Of a stretch of 48,576 bases of DNA, positions 1 through 9,933 are shown one piece after another. Origin of the DNA: Bdellovibrionota bacterium (GTDB lineage Bacteria > Bdellovibrionota_C > UBA2361); the NCBI GenBank assembly GCA_044352465.1, contig JBILDU010000009.1, positions 1 to 48,576 of the forward strand, in the 5' to 3' direction. A program made the position numbers and the translations under genes. Positions within the stretch are counted from its first letter, which is position 1. Every line of letters begins with the position of its first letter. The notes under the pieces are model-generated. The model was not told the DNA's origin and ran no database searches. It worked only from the letters and a program-made list of their open reading frames with translations.

Positions 1-1
1 T

Positions 2-1102
2 TCCGAGCGTACCCGGCGGATGTGGGAGCGTGTCGGCCCCGCTGACCAGATGCTGACCCTCGACATCGCGGACTATGTCGACCTTCAAGGCGCCCTTCCT
101 GACGGCTCCGGTCCCCGCTCAAGCCTCTTTAGAACTCCCCAGCGCTACGCAGGGAAGCGTGGCTCAACGACCGACACAGCGCTCGAGGTCCAGATCCCCG
201 CATGCGATCTGGGGGCACTCGCGCTCCGCAGATGGAGCGACTTCACGGAACCGGGCGATGCGCGTGTCATCGGGGGCGAGATCCTCCGCTCACTGGTTGA
301 CACCGGTCGCAGCTTTTGGGAGATCCCCACGATCCTCCGCAGCAGTCACCTGTTTCCTGCAAACGAGCCGGTGGTGGAGGGATTTCTCGCCGTGACCACG
401 ACGGGGGGGCGTCCGTTCGAAGATGCAAAGCTCTCTTTCGTTTTCTACTACGACTCCGCGAAAGCGCTCTTCGCCCACACCCAGATCGATTCGTGGCTCG
501 CCGATGTCTCGCGCTATGTAATCCGACGCGGGCTCACGGAGTCGCTCATCGCCATGGTCGGGGAGGGGTGCACACTCAAGGAACTCCTCGCCGCAGGCGA
601 TCGTCCCTTACCCCTCCCGCGTAACACGACCCACGTCGAATCGTTCGAGGAGCTCATCCCGGAATCGCTCCTCCAAAAAGGATCTTTTCACGGTCGACAT
701 CCGCAGATCCAATTCGATCGCTTTATCTTACAGGTGCGGGTGCCGATTCACCCCGATGTTGACCCCGACTTCACCGTCATCCTGAATCAGTCGAGGCTAG
801 TGAGAGATCTGACGCACCGAGGCTTCGCGGTGTCCTGGTGTGATGGGATTATCGACGGGATGCCGCGCCATACCTCGTCTGAACCTCAATCGCTCGCCGA
901 TTGCCTGCCTGCGTCACTCGACCTCGCGAATACCAGCTTTGGCGCACCTCCCCGCAACCACGACTCTTACTGGGGTCCGTATCTCCATATTGTGGCGGAT
1001 AATCTCGACACTCCGGAGGATCGATTTGACGCCGCCAGCGGGACACTGCTCCTCCTCTACCGGTTTAAGGATTACATCACGGGACTTGAACCGATGGCAT
1101 AG
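2..1102 (+). CDS. Hypothetical protein, probably 5'-truncated by the window edge
   Basis: Open frame of at least 360 aa. The frame is open from base 2 to the ATG at 20, so the true start may lie upstream. No recognisable motif. Confidence 0.6.
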   Translation, partial: SERTRRMWERVGPADQMLTLDIADYVDLQGALPDGSGPRSSLFRTPQRYAGKRGSTTDTALEVQIPACDLGALALRRWSDFTEPGDARVIGGEILRSLVDTGRSFWEIPTILRSSHLFPANEPVVEGFLAVTTTGGRPFEDAKLSFVFYYDSAKALFAHTQIDSWLADVSRYVIRRGLTESLIAMVGEGCTLKELLAAGDRPLPLPRNTTHVESFEELIPESLLQKGSFHGRHPQIQFDRFILQVRVPIHPDVDPDFTVILNQSRLVRDLTHRGFAVSWCDGIIDGMPRHTSSEPQSLADCLPASLDLANTSFGAPPRNHDSYWGPYLHIVADNLDTPEDRFDAASGTLLLLYRFKDYITGLEPMA

Positions 1103-1177
1103 TCCGCCGATTCGCCGCATGGGCCACGCTCGCCCGCACCGATCATGGGCCCCCATCACGGCTATGAAAAATTCCGC

Positions 1178-2647
1178 TCACGAACCCGCTGGAACACCGC
1201 CCTCAAGCGTGGGCACGAGGCCGAGCGCCTTATAGATCGCAACGGTCGCCACGATGAGCGCTTGTTCACTTTGCGCCAGCTCATCAGCGCGTTGAAAATT
1301 CGTTCGCTCTGCATCGATGACCCGCAAGAAGTCAACGACCCCCTGGGCGTATAGATCTTGCGCCAGAACCAAAGCTCGCTCACTCGCTCCCAACGCCGCC
1401 CGAAGCGCCTCTCCCCGCACTGTCTCCTCACGGTACGCCACGAACGCCCCCTCGCAATCAGCCAGGGCCCGCAGCACCGCCTCCTCGTACACCGCCAGCG
1501 CTTGGCGCTCACGTTCCGTCGCCACATCCACGGCGGCGAGCAGCTTACCGCCACTAAAGATCGGCCACCGGATACCGGGGATAAAGCTCCACGAACGGCT
1601 CTCACGCTCAAAAAGATTTGCGGTTGAGCCACTCACATATCCAAACGCTCCCGCCAGATCGAAACGGGGAAATAGCTCAGCCACCGCGACACCGATCCGC
1701 GCATTTGCCGCAGCAAGCTCCCGCTCGGCAAGCTGAATATCGGGACGTCGGCGGAGGACCGTACTCGGCGTATCGACCGCGTCGATACGGGGATAATGCG
1801 GCACCAGAGGAGCGTTGACCGAGATCGCGCCAGGCACTGGCGAGATTCCAAGGCGAGCATCGATCTGTGCCGTCGTTTCGCCGACGAGAATCCCCAAACG
1901 GAATCGGGCGGCCACCAGCTCGCTTCGAAGCGCCGGTACCCGCGCCCGGGTCGTCTCGAGCTCGGTGCGCGCTTGGGTCAGATCAAGTTCGCTGGACACC
2001 CCCGCTTTAAAGCGCGCAGCGATAATCTCGAAGCTTTCCTGCTGAATCGTGATACTCTGCTCAGCGATAGCGATGCGCCGCTCAAGCGCCCGCATCGTCG
2101 CATACTCACGCACGACCTCGCTCACGAGCGCTAGACGCACCCCATCACGGAACGCTGCAGCGCTCTCGATTTCAGCCGTCGCCGCTTCGTAATCACGACG
2201 GAGACCGCCGAAGATATCGATCTCCCAAGTCGCATCAAAGCCCGCCTCGTAATTTGAGCGGAGATCGGTTCCGGCAGGACCGAAAGGAGATTCACTCGCG
2301 GTGTCGCTTGGATCGCGCCGAACGTATTCCCCAAAGGCACTCACCGCCGGCAGAAGATCCGCCGCCGCGATACGGCGTGCGGCGCGGGCCTCACGGAGCC
2401 GTGCGTCCGCACGCTGCAGCTCGAAGCTGCCCTTGAGGGCTGCGCTGATAAGTTCGGTGAGCTTTGCATCTCCAAAGCCTTCCCACCAAACAGCGGACCC
2501 GACACCGGGAACGGCGCTGTCGGCGGCCACATGAGACCAGGCGGCAACGGGGCTTCCCTGCGGGGCCACATAATCAGGCCCCACCGCGGGAAGCCGTGAG
2601 CATCCGACGAGAAGGAGAGCCGCGCTCAGAATAGGTGCAACCCTCAC
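1178..2647 (-). CDS. Outer membrane efflux lipoprotein, TolC/NodT family
   Basis: Lipobox LLVGC, VGPDY after the Cys, WWEGFGD, WEIDIFG, RRPDIQLAERELAAANARIGVA, and C-terminal YKALG. Last gene of a coupled operon. Confidence 0.93.
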   Translation of the reverse strand: MRVAPILSAALLLVGCSRLPAVGPDYVAPQGSPVAAWSHVAADSAVPGVGSAVWWEGFGDAKLTELISAALKGSFELQRADARLREARAARRIAAADLLPAVSAFGEYVRRDPSDTASESPFGPAGTDLRSNYEAGFDATWEIDIFGGLRRDYEAATAEIESAAAFRDGVRLALVSEVVREYATMRALERRIAIAEQSITIQQESFEIIAARFKAGVSSELDLTQARTELETTRARVPALRSELVAARFRLGILVGETTAQIDARLGISPVPGAISVNAPLVPHYPRIDAVDTPSTVLRRRPDIQLAERELAAANARIGVAVAELFPRFDLAGAFGYVSGSTANLFERESRSWSFIPGIRWPIFSGGKLLAAVDVATERERQALAVYEEAVLRALADCEGAFVAYREETVRGEALRAALGASERALVLAQDLYAQGVVDFLRVIDAERTNFQRADELAQSEQALIVATVAIYKALGLVPTLEGGVPAGS

Positions 2648-3582
2648 GTGGCCTCCTCTCCGCTGGCGACATGGAAACCCGCGGACGGCGCTGCCTCAAT
2701 AAAAACGTCCATCAGCTGACCGACGTACACCGGGATAGCGCGGCGATCGAGCGCATAGATGATCTGGAGGACGCGGGTATCTACCCGTTCGGTACTCTGG
2801 CCGGTGAGTGAGCGCTTCGGCACCACGTAGGGCTCGAAACGGACGAAGGTCAGGGGCGCGGAGAGGCTCATATTACCCCGGATATATCCGGTTGCTGCGG
2901 CCCCTGATTTGACTCGCCACGCATCGTTTTCATCGATATCGACCCGGACGTGCAACTTCGAGAGATCTCCGAGGAGTATCAACGGGGTGACGGTCGATTG
3001 CGCCGGCGCGAACTCCCCTACCCGGACCCGCACCTGCATCACCTCACCATCGATCGGTGAGCGTACGGTGTGGCGCTCAAGCTCGGTCTCAGCTGCCGTG
3101 ACCTCCGCTTCCGCCGCCTTCACATCCGCAGCCGCGGTTTCAGCGGCGTACCTCCGTTTGTTGAATTCCTCGGCGCTCACCGCCCGCTTATCGGTGATAC
3201 TCTGGTAGAGCGCGAATTGGCTCTGTGCTTCGTTCAGGCGGGCCCGCGCGACCGCCGCACCGCTCCGCCGCACCTCAAGTCGCGCTTTGATCTCGCGCTC
3301 GTCGAGGGTAAAGAGAGGATCGCCGGCTTTGACTACCGCACCGACCATCACATGAACCCGATCGACGATCCCACCGATCGGACTGGCGATGGCGATATTC
3401 TCACTGCGCGCCTCGAGGAGTCCCGCGCCCGCAACGTACGATTCGTACGGCGAGCGCGCTGGCTCAACTAGCGGCACCTGCACCGGCGGGGGCTGGGCCC
3501 CGGAAAATACGGTTTTAAGCCCCAAAATGAATCCGACCGCCGCAAAGAACGGGAGGATGTAACCTTTAATCTTATGAATCAT
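2644..3582 (-). CDS. HlyD/DevB-like periplasmic adaptor (membrane fusion protein)
   Basis: N-terminal TM segment, lipoyl-like half motifs (GGIVDRVHV..G..VKAGDPLF; RSPIDGEV), coiled hairpin, ERVDTRVLQI. 4-nt overlaps with both neighbours. Confidence 0.9.
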   Translation of the reverse strand: MIHKIKGYILPFFAAVGFILGLKTVFSGAQPPPVQVPLVEPARSPYESYVAGAGLLEARSENIAIASPIGGIVDRVHVMVGAVVKAGDPLFTLDEREIKARLEVRRSGAAVARARLNEAQSQFALYQSITDKRAVSAEEFNKRRYAAETAAADVKAAEAEVTAAETELERHTVRSPIDGEVMQVRVRVGEFAPAQSTVTPLILLGDLSKLHVRVDIDENDAWRVKSGAAATGYIRGNMSLSAPLTFVRFEPYVVPKRSLTGQSTERVDTRVLQIIYALDRRAIPVYVGQLMDVFIEAAPSAGFHVASGEEAT

Positions 3583-4307
3583 GCCGACGTCGCCTCTCCA
3601 TTTGAAACCGATTCGATGACGCCGTCGTTCATCCGAGCGATTCGATCGGCGAAAGAAAAGATCCGCGAATCGTGAGTCACCACGATGAGCGCGCGGTCGT
3701 TTGCGCGGGCGACCGAGCGGAAAAGCCCCATGATCTTGTGGCCAGTATCTTGATCGAGTGCACTCGTCGGCTCATCGCATACGATCAGCCGCGGCTGATG
3801 GACGAGCGAACGCGCTACCGCCACGCGCTGTTGTTGACCACCGGAGAGCTGTGTCGGCAAAGACTCCACTTTATCGGTGAGTCCCACGAAATCCAAGAAG
3901 TCACCCGCCTGCTTGAGAGCTTCACGCCGCCCCATCCCGCCGATGAGCAGGGGAACCGCCACATTCTCCCGCGCCGAGAGGGTCGGGATCAGGTTATACG
4001 CCTGAAAGACGAAGCCGATATTACGCCCCCGATAGATGGTGCGCTGCCGATCGGTCATATGGTGCAAATCGTGTCCGAAAACGGTGCACTGCCCCGCATC
4101 TTGATTGAGGATTCCGGCGATCACGGAAATGAGGGTCGTTTTACCACAACCGGAAGGACCGACGAGCATCAAGAGCTCCCCCGCGGCAACATCGAGATCG
4201 ACCCCCCGGAGCGCGCGTGTCACGGTATCTCCCGCAACGTAGCTTTTCGTCACCGCGCGACACCGCACCGCCGCATCTGTTTGGAGAGAATCGCCCACGT
4301 GGTTCAA
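3579..4307 (-). CDS. ABC transporter ATP-binding protein (DevA/LolD/MacB-like)
   Basis: Walker A GPSGCGKTT, signature LSGGQQQR, Walker B IVCDEPT, H-loop VTHD. Confidence 0.95.
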   Translation of the reverse strand: MNHVGDSLQTDAAVRCRAVTKSYVAGDTVTRALRGVDLDVAAGELLMLVGPSGCGKTTLISVIAGILNQDAGQCTVFGHDLHHMTDRQRTIYRGRNIGFVFQAYNLIPTLSARENVAVPLLIGGMGRREALKQAGDFLDFVGLTDKVESLPTQLSGGQQQRVAVARSLVHQPRLIVCDEPTSALDQDTGHKIMGLFRSVARANDRALIVVTHDSRIFSFADRIARMNDGVIESVSNGEATSA

Positions 4308-5461
4308 CCTTTAAATACTATCGCCGGTTCGAGCCGCATCACTTTCAAAACCGAGAAGACGGCCGAGACGATACAAATGAGCGTTACCGCAGTTCCGCTA
4401 ATCGCAAGGAGTTGCCACGGCATCCGAAAAGCGAGCTCAGAATTTTTCGAGATGATACTGGTGAACGACGCTACGCCAACGCCGAGGCCATAGCCGATGA
4501 GCCCAACCACCCCCGCCTGCAAGACGATCATTCGGAGGAGTAACCAATTACTCGCCCCCATCGCTTTGAGGGTTCCGAAGTAACGAATGTTGTCGGCCGT
4601 GAAACTATAGAAGGTCTGCCCGGCGATCGCACACCCCACGATGAAGCCTAAGATTACCGCGATCCCGAAATTAATCGGGATACCGGTATTTTTGAGGAAG
4701 TATCCGATGGTGACTTTCTGAAACTCCTCCCGGGTCATCGCCCTTAACCCTGTGGCAGCGGCGATGCGTTGCTTCAGAACCTCGAGGTCGGTCCCCGGTT
4801 TCGCCTTGACCATGACGTAGGTGAGAAGTTTGCGCTCACGCGGAGCAAAGGTCGTTGCTCGCGAATACGTCGTGTAAATGACCGGCTGCGACTGGAACGT
4901 TCGGGTCACCCGCGTTATCCCTACCACGACGGCGTGATTATCGTTCAGCTCTAACACGTCACCAACCTGGAGCGGTACTGATCGGGGGCCGTTGGGACCC
5001 GGACGAGCGAGTTTTCCCCGCGCTCCGACTTCATCGACGATCACTCCATCCGCGCGGCGGAGGTCCTCGAGCTTTCCGACGACCATCCGCACAGGGCCAC
5101 CGATGAGGGTAGCATCATCGATTCCGATCACGTTACACGTCTGAAAACTGCCATCAGGTTGGCGTGCTCGAAGTTGCCCCTTGTAGAGCGGAACCGCCCA
5201 TTCAACCCCTTCCACCCCCCGTGTGCGCAGAAGCTGGGTGTCCTGTAGGGGCTTTGAATCATCGATGAATTGTACCTTTGGATCCATCACCCAGATGTCG
5301 GGCAGAGCGGTGTCCACCAAGAATCCGAAGGTCCGCGACATCAAACCGACGAAGATCGAAAGCTGTTGGGTAATGATAAGGGCAGCGAAGAAAACCCCAA
5401 CCACCATGCCAAAGTACTTGCCACGGTTCCCAATAAGCATTTTAAGGGCGATACCGAACAT
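4304..5461 (-). CDS. ABC transporter permease (DevC/FtsX/MacB-like)
   Basis: One N-terminal TM, a large periplasmic domain, three C-terminal TMs, FGTLKAMGA motif, and C-terminal LEPAIVF. Confidence 0.9.
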   Translation of the reverse strand: MFGIALKMLIGNRGKYFGMVVGVFFAALIITQQLSIFVGLMSRTFGFLVDTALPDIWVMDPKVQFIDDSKPLQDTQLLRTRGVEGVEWAVPLYKGQLRARQPDGSFQTCNVIGIDDATLIGGPVRMVVGKLEDLRRADGVIVDEVGARGKLARPGPNGPRSVPLQVGDVLELNDNHAVVVGITRVTRTFQSQPVIYTTYSRATTFAPRERKLLTYVMVKAKPGTDLEVLKQRIAAATGLRAMTREEFQKVTIGYFLKNTGIPINFGIAVILGFIVGCAIAGQTFYSFTADNIRYFGTLKAMGASNWLLLRMIVLQAGVVGLIGYGLGVGVASFTSIISKNSELAFRMPWQLLAISGTAVTLICIVSAVFSVLKVMRLEPAIVFKG

Positions 5462-5585
5462 AGATTGGGAGGGATAACCAACTTAATTTTGCAGTCGTAG
5501 AGTAGTACCAGCTTTTAGAAAAAGACAAGCAAACGAAGTATCTACACCTGAGGGACTCGGTGGATAGGTTAAGCGTTACCCTTGG

Positions 5586-5599
5586 CACGGTGCACCGTG
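5586..5599. promoter_or_regulatory. Perfect 14-bp palindrome CACGGTGCACCGTG, possible operator
   Basis: Self-complementary sequence in the divergent spacer between the exporter operon and valS. Function is inferred only. Confidence 0.25.
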
Positions 5600-5709
5600 A
5601 TGGGGCTGTGACGAACCACGTTCACTCGAAAAATCGGCGCCGTTCAGCGCGCCAACCACCGTAGTAAACAGAACCGTTCTGTGATATCGAATTCACAGGA
5701 GAATTCCCT

Positions 5710-8436
5710 ATGACCGATGACACCGGAGCCCCACCGTCCAGCGTTCCCGCGACCCCTGAGTTCGTTTCAGCGCTCGAGAAGCATTTCAACTTCCAGACCC
5801 GCGAGCGGGAGCTCTCGGCACTGTGGGAGGCGCATGGAATTTCTAAGCCCGCCGCCTCCGAAGCTCCGGTTTTCAACATTGCGATGCCCCCCCCGAACGC
5901 GAACGGCGAACTCCACTTGGGCCACGCATTCGGCTACACCGTCATGGATATCCTCGGGCGTTTTCACCGGCTGCAAGGGGAGCGGGTACTTCTTCTGCCC
6001 GGCAAGGACCACGCCGGTATTCAGACCCAGGTAGTTTACGAGAAGAAGCTTAAAGCAGAGAAAGTCGACGTAGCGGCCCTCTCGCGCGAGGAGCTGTACC
6101 AACGGTGCTATGATTTCTGCATCGACCGGGCCCAGTACATGCGCGCCCAAGAAAAAACCCTCGGTCTCTCCGCCGATTGGTCACGCGAACTCTTCACCCT
6201 CGACCCGCGCCTCTCCGACATCGTCTTCGAGACCTTTGAAAAGATGTGGAAGGACGGGCTTATTTATCGGGGCAAACGGATCATCAATTGGTCGGTCTTT
6301 TCCCAAACCGCGATTAGTGACGTTGAGGTCGAATACAAGGAGCAAGACGGCGGGCTCTGGTACATCGCCTATCCATTCGTAGCCCCACCACGCACCCTTC
6401 CGGGTGAGGAACTCACCCTTCCCGGCGGCACGAAAATTCAGGTAGGCGCCCGCGGTATGGTCACCGCCACCACCCGCCCCGAGACGATGCTCGGAGACAC
6501 CGCGCTCGCCGTGCACCCCGACGACCCCCGTTACCAGGGGCTGATCGGCCTGACCGTGCGAGTGCCCCTCTGTGGGCGGGAAATCCCGATCATCGCGGAC
6601 AAGCGGATCGATCCAGCGTACGGCACCGGCGTCGTCAAGGTCACCCCAGCGCACGACTTTCTCGACTACGACATCGGTCAGGACCATGCCCTCCCAGCGG
6701 TCCAAGTGATCGGCAAAGATGGCAAGATGACCACCGAAGCGGGTGCGGACTTCGCCGGACTCACCATCACTGCCGCGCGCGAGGCCGTTATTGCCAAACT
6801 AACCGAAAGTGGTGAGCTCCTCGACACCGCGACGATGAAACACAAAGTTCCGATCGGTGAGCGGGGCAAGGACATCATTGAACCCCTCATCTCGGAACAA
6901 TGGTTTGTGGCGGTGGACAAGCCGGGGAATAGCCTTAAAGCTCGCGCCCTCGAGCTGATACGCTCGGGGAAAATCAAGGTCTATCCGAGCCGCTTCCAGC
7001 CACTTTTTGAGCAATGGCTCGAAAATCTGCGCGACTGGAATATCTCGCGGCAGATTTGGTGGGGCCAGCGGCTGCCGGTTTGGTATCGCCGGACGAGTGG
7101 ACAAGAGGAGATCCATGTCGGCCGAACCTCTCCCGGTCCGGAGTGGGAACAGGACACCGATACCTTTGACACCTGGTTCTCGTCGGGACAGTGGGCTTTT
7201 TCGACGATGGCAGCCCACGGGCTTGTCGACCTCGATCGTTCGCCACCACAAAGTCCGTTCTTCCCGACCCACACGATGGTCATGGGTCGAGACATCCTCT
7301 TTTTCTGGGCGTGTCGGATGTTGTTGCTGACCACCTATCGGGTTGGTGATGTGCCGTGGAAGAATATCTTCTTCACCGGGCTTATCCGTGATGAGCACGG
7401 CCAAAAGATGTCCAAGTCTAAAGGCAACGGCATCGAGCCCAATGAGATGATCGAAAAGTTCGGCGCTGACGCTTTGCGCGTGGCGCTCGTGATGGGGGCA
7501 TCGCCGGGGAACGACATCAATCTGGGGCCGAAGAAGATCGAGGGATACAGTAAGTTTATCAACAAGATCTGGAACGCTGCCAAACTCATCGAGATGAAGG
7601 TCGGAGACTTCCCTCCCCTTCTCGGCGAAGTGCCGGAGGTTACCCTGCAATCGAATCGGTGGATCTTGGCGGAGCTCGCGCGGGTAAATCGGGTCGTCAC
7701 CCAGAAGTTTGCAGAGTACGAGATCTCGATCGCGGCAGACGAACTATACAACTTCGTCTGGTCAAGCGTGTGCGACTGGTACCTTGAGGTCATGAAGGTT
7801 CTCGTTGACGTCGGATCGTTGTGGCAAGCCCGCGAGACCCACTACACCGCGATCACCGTGTTGCGCTCGGTCTTAACGATGCTCCACCCCGTCCTGCCGT
7901 TTGTAACCGAGGAGATCTACCAAAAGCTTCACTTCCTCCAAACAACGCCGACCTTGGCCGGGAGTGTATGGCCATCCGACCTTGAAGCGTTGGAGAGCGA
8001 TAGCACGATGCACGACGTCATGGAGGTCGTGACGGCGATCCGCTCGGTAAAAGCCGCCCTCGCGATCCCCCACAAGGAGATCCGGGTGGGACTCTCCGTG
8101 ACCTTCGGGAAGGAGACCACCCTCCTGGTCCGCAAGCTCGCGCGGGTCTCCCTGTGCAACCCCGAGGACATCCCCGCGGAGCTTGCGCTCCGGCGCCCCT
8201 TCTCCCGTGGAGTTATCGTGTGTGAGGTCGAGGGCAAGGAGAACTACCGGAAGCGGCTCGAAAAAGACCTCGAGACCAATCGCGGCGTCATTGAAAATCT
8301 TGACCGGAAACTGAGCGGTGATTTCGCCAAGAATGCCAAGCCCGAGATCGTCGAGAAGGAGCGCGAGCGGCTCACCCAAGCTCAAAATGCAGCGCGGGAA
8401 CTGCAGCAAGAACTCGAGGTACTTGCCGGCGTCTGA
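5710..8436 (+). CDS. valS: Valine--tRNA ligase
   Basis: PPPNANGELHLGH (HIGH motif), DHAGIQTQ, ATTRPETMLGDTA, GTGVVKVTPAHD, DWNISRQIWWG, DTFDTWFSS, KMSKS, and a C-terminal coiled coil. Confidence 0.96.
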   Translation: MTDDTGAPPSSVPATPEFVSALEKHFNFQTRERELSALWEAHGISKPAASEAPVFNIAMPPPNANGELHLGHAFGYTVMDILGRFHRLQGERVLLLPGKDHAGIQTQVVYEKKLKAEKVDVAALSREELYQRCYDFCIDRAQYMRAQEKTLGLSADWSRELFTLDPRLSDIVFETFEKMWKDGLIYRGKRIINWSVFSQTAISDVEVEYKEQDGGLWYIAYPFVAPPRTLPGEELTLPGGTKIQVGARGMVTATTRPETMLGDTALAVHPDDPRYQGLIGLTVRVPLCGREIPIIADKRIDPAYGTGVVKVTPAHDFLDYDIGQDHALPAVQVIGKDGKMTTEAGADFAGLTITAAREAVIAKLTESGELLDTATMKHKVPIGERGKDIIEPLISEQWFVAVDKPGNSLKARALELIRSGKIKVYPSRFQPLFEQWLENLRDWNISRQIWWGQRLPVWYRRTSGQEEIHVGRTSPGPEWEQDTDTFDTWFSSGQWAFSTMAAHGLVDLDRSPPQSPFFPTHTMVMGRDILFFWACRMLLLTTYRVGDVPWKNIFFTGLIRDEHGQKMSKSKGNGIEPNEMIEKFGADALRVALVMGASPGNDINLGPKKIEGYSKFINKIWNAAKLIEMKVGDFPPLLGEVPEVTLQSNRWILAELARVNRVVTQKFAEYEISIAADELYNFVWSSVCDWYLEVMKVLVDVGSLWQARETHYTAITVLRSVLTMLHPVLPFVTEEIYQKLHFLQTTPTLAGSVWPSDLEALESDSTMHDVMEVVTAIRSVKAALAIPHKEIRVGLSVTFGKETTLLVRKLARVSLCNPEDIPAELALRRPFSRGVIVCEVEGKENYRKRLEKDLETNRGVIENLDRKLSGDFAKNAKPEIVEKERERLTQAQNAARELQQELEVLAGV

Positions 8437-8459
8437 AGAACGGGCTGGCCGGATTTTGA

Positions 8460-8502
8460 AACGCCAGGCAACGGGCGCGGCCCCGACTGTTGCCTGAGCG
8501 TT
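8460..8502 (+). terminator. Stem-loop downstream of valS (terminator or mRNA stabiliser)
   Basis: AACGC-CAGGCAAC pairs with GTTGCCTG-A-GCGTT (13 bp, one bulge), starting 24 nt after the valS stop. No clear U-tract. Confidence 0.4.
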
Positions 8503-8695
8503 ACCTCCGGAAACATCGACTGAATCTGGGGCTGTTTTCGAAATCGACTAGCCCGCCGGGTTGTGCCATAGTGCGCTCGTGTCGTGCCGGGGGCGTTGTT
8601 CTCAGCGGAAAGCGATCGAAGCATGGGCAGACGAGCCCATGATACAAGAAAATAGGGACACTTCCGCCCCGCGACTCGTGGTAAGAAATTGGCGG

Positions 8696-8711
8696 ACCGA
8701 ACGCTCGTTTG
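8696..8711. promoter_or_regulatory. Putative PaaR (TetR-family) operator
   Basis: CGAACGCTCGTTTG (8698-8711) fits CNAACGNNCGTTNG. ACCGAACGCTCGTT (8696-8709) is a 9/10 match to ACCGA-N4-TCGGT. Both consensuses are recalled from memory. The site lies just 5' of the GGAGG RBS at 8717-8721. Confidence 0.5.
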
Positions 8712-8727
8712 TCCGCGGAGGTAAGGT

Positions 8728-9933
8728 ATGCTCGCTGAAAATATCTTTGGTGCACCTATGAACGACGTCGAGTTTAGTGTTCTCGAACCGAAAGACACCC
8801 GCCAACTTGAGCCAACATGCCCGATCGATGTGTGGGTATATAAGTACACTGACCAGACGACCGGCTGGACCTTCAGCATCGGCACCCACGGCGAACCCCA
8901 TTCGAATAAACTCTCCCTCGGAGGTTTCCGTATCGCACCGGCGAATCGGGTGAGTATGCCCGGATACAGCAACGATCGCGAGGCGATCGGTCTCGCCATC
9001 GGCATGGAGGAAAAGGTCTACTGGTCGCGCCTCATCACCGTTGGCGGTCCGATCGGCATTAAAAACCTGAACCGCGTCGTAGGCGGCAAGTGTGTATTAA
9101 TGCCAACCCCAGGGGCGCGGGTGGGCGAACCACAAGACTTCGCGTTGCTCGATTTTGCGATCGCTTGTTTCCGCCATTTCGAAGAGACCTCAGGGGTCCT
9201 CATCACCACCGGCCAAGACCTCGGTCACGGCATGATGTCGGATGGAAAGACCCCCTCGCTCGGATATCTGAACGCGCACTTCCACGGTAGCATTCTTTCC
9301 GATACCTCTCAGCCCACCGCCGAGGGGAATTTCTACATGGTTCGCGGTGCGTTAAGGGGCCTCGGCCTCGCACTCAAGGACTCGCGCCTCGGCCTTATCG
9401 GATGCGGCAACATTGGGCGCCACTTACTGAGCCGCTTTATGGCAGACGGGGCTGAATGTGTGGTCGTTGAGGGCAACCCAAGCCGTGTCGCCGAACTGAA
9501 AGCGCTCGGGGTAAAAGTCTACTCCCCCGAGGAGAAGGCGCAGTTTCTCGCCGAGCCGATCGATGCGCTCAGCCTGAACGCTAACGGCGGCTCACTCGAT
9601 ATGACTTCGATCGACCTCATTTGTAAAAACCCCCGACTCAAATTCGTCGGCGGGTGTGAAAATTTGGTCATGCCCGACCCCCACGGAGCGACCGTTCTTA
9701 AAGAAGCGCGGAAAATATACTGCCACACCGAGCTGTGCGGCATGATGGGATACCTCACCGCGGTCGAGGAGTATCTCTCAAAGAGAGAGGGCGTGACCTA
9801 CGACATGAAGAGCATGTTTAAGGCGGCCGAAAAACTCGAGGAGGCAGGATTCAAAGCGACCCAGCACCTCATCGAGAAGAGCTATACCCTCAGTTTCGAG
9901 GATGCGATGCGGGCCGTTTATAAGGCGTCGTAG
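8728..9933 (+). CDS. Glu/Leu/Phe/Val dehydrogenase family protein (divergent; candidate phenylalanine dehydrogenase)
   Basis: Motif equivalents LGGFR, GMEEK, VGGKCV (catalytic Lys), TTGQDLG, PTAEG, Rossmann GCGNIG and GGCEN. GGAGG RBS 6 nt before the ATG. Confidence 0.75.
   Translation: MLAENIFGAPMNDVEFSVLEPKDTRQLEPTCPIDVWVYKYTDQTTGWTFSIGTHGEPHSNKLSLGGFRIAPANRVSMPGYSNDREAIGLAIGMEEKVYWSRLITVGGPIGIKNLNRVVGGKCVLMPTPGARVGEPQDFALLDFAIACFRHFEETSGVLITTGQDLGHGMMSDGKTPSLGYLNAHFHGSILSDTSQPTAEGNFYMVRGALRGLGLALKDSRLGLIGCGNIGRHLLSRFMADGAECVVVEGNPSRVAELKALGVKVYSPEEKAQFLAEPIDALSLNANGGSLDMTSIDLICKNPRLKFVGGCENLVMPDPHGATVLKEARKIYCHTELCGMMGYLTAVEEYLSKREGVTYDMKSMFKAAEKLEEAGFKATQHLIEKSYTLSFEDAMRAVYKAS

Noticed and set aside
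5462..5709. T-box riboswitch upstream of valS
   Set aside because: No GGTGGNACCGCG T-box motif or terminator was seen.
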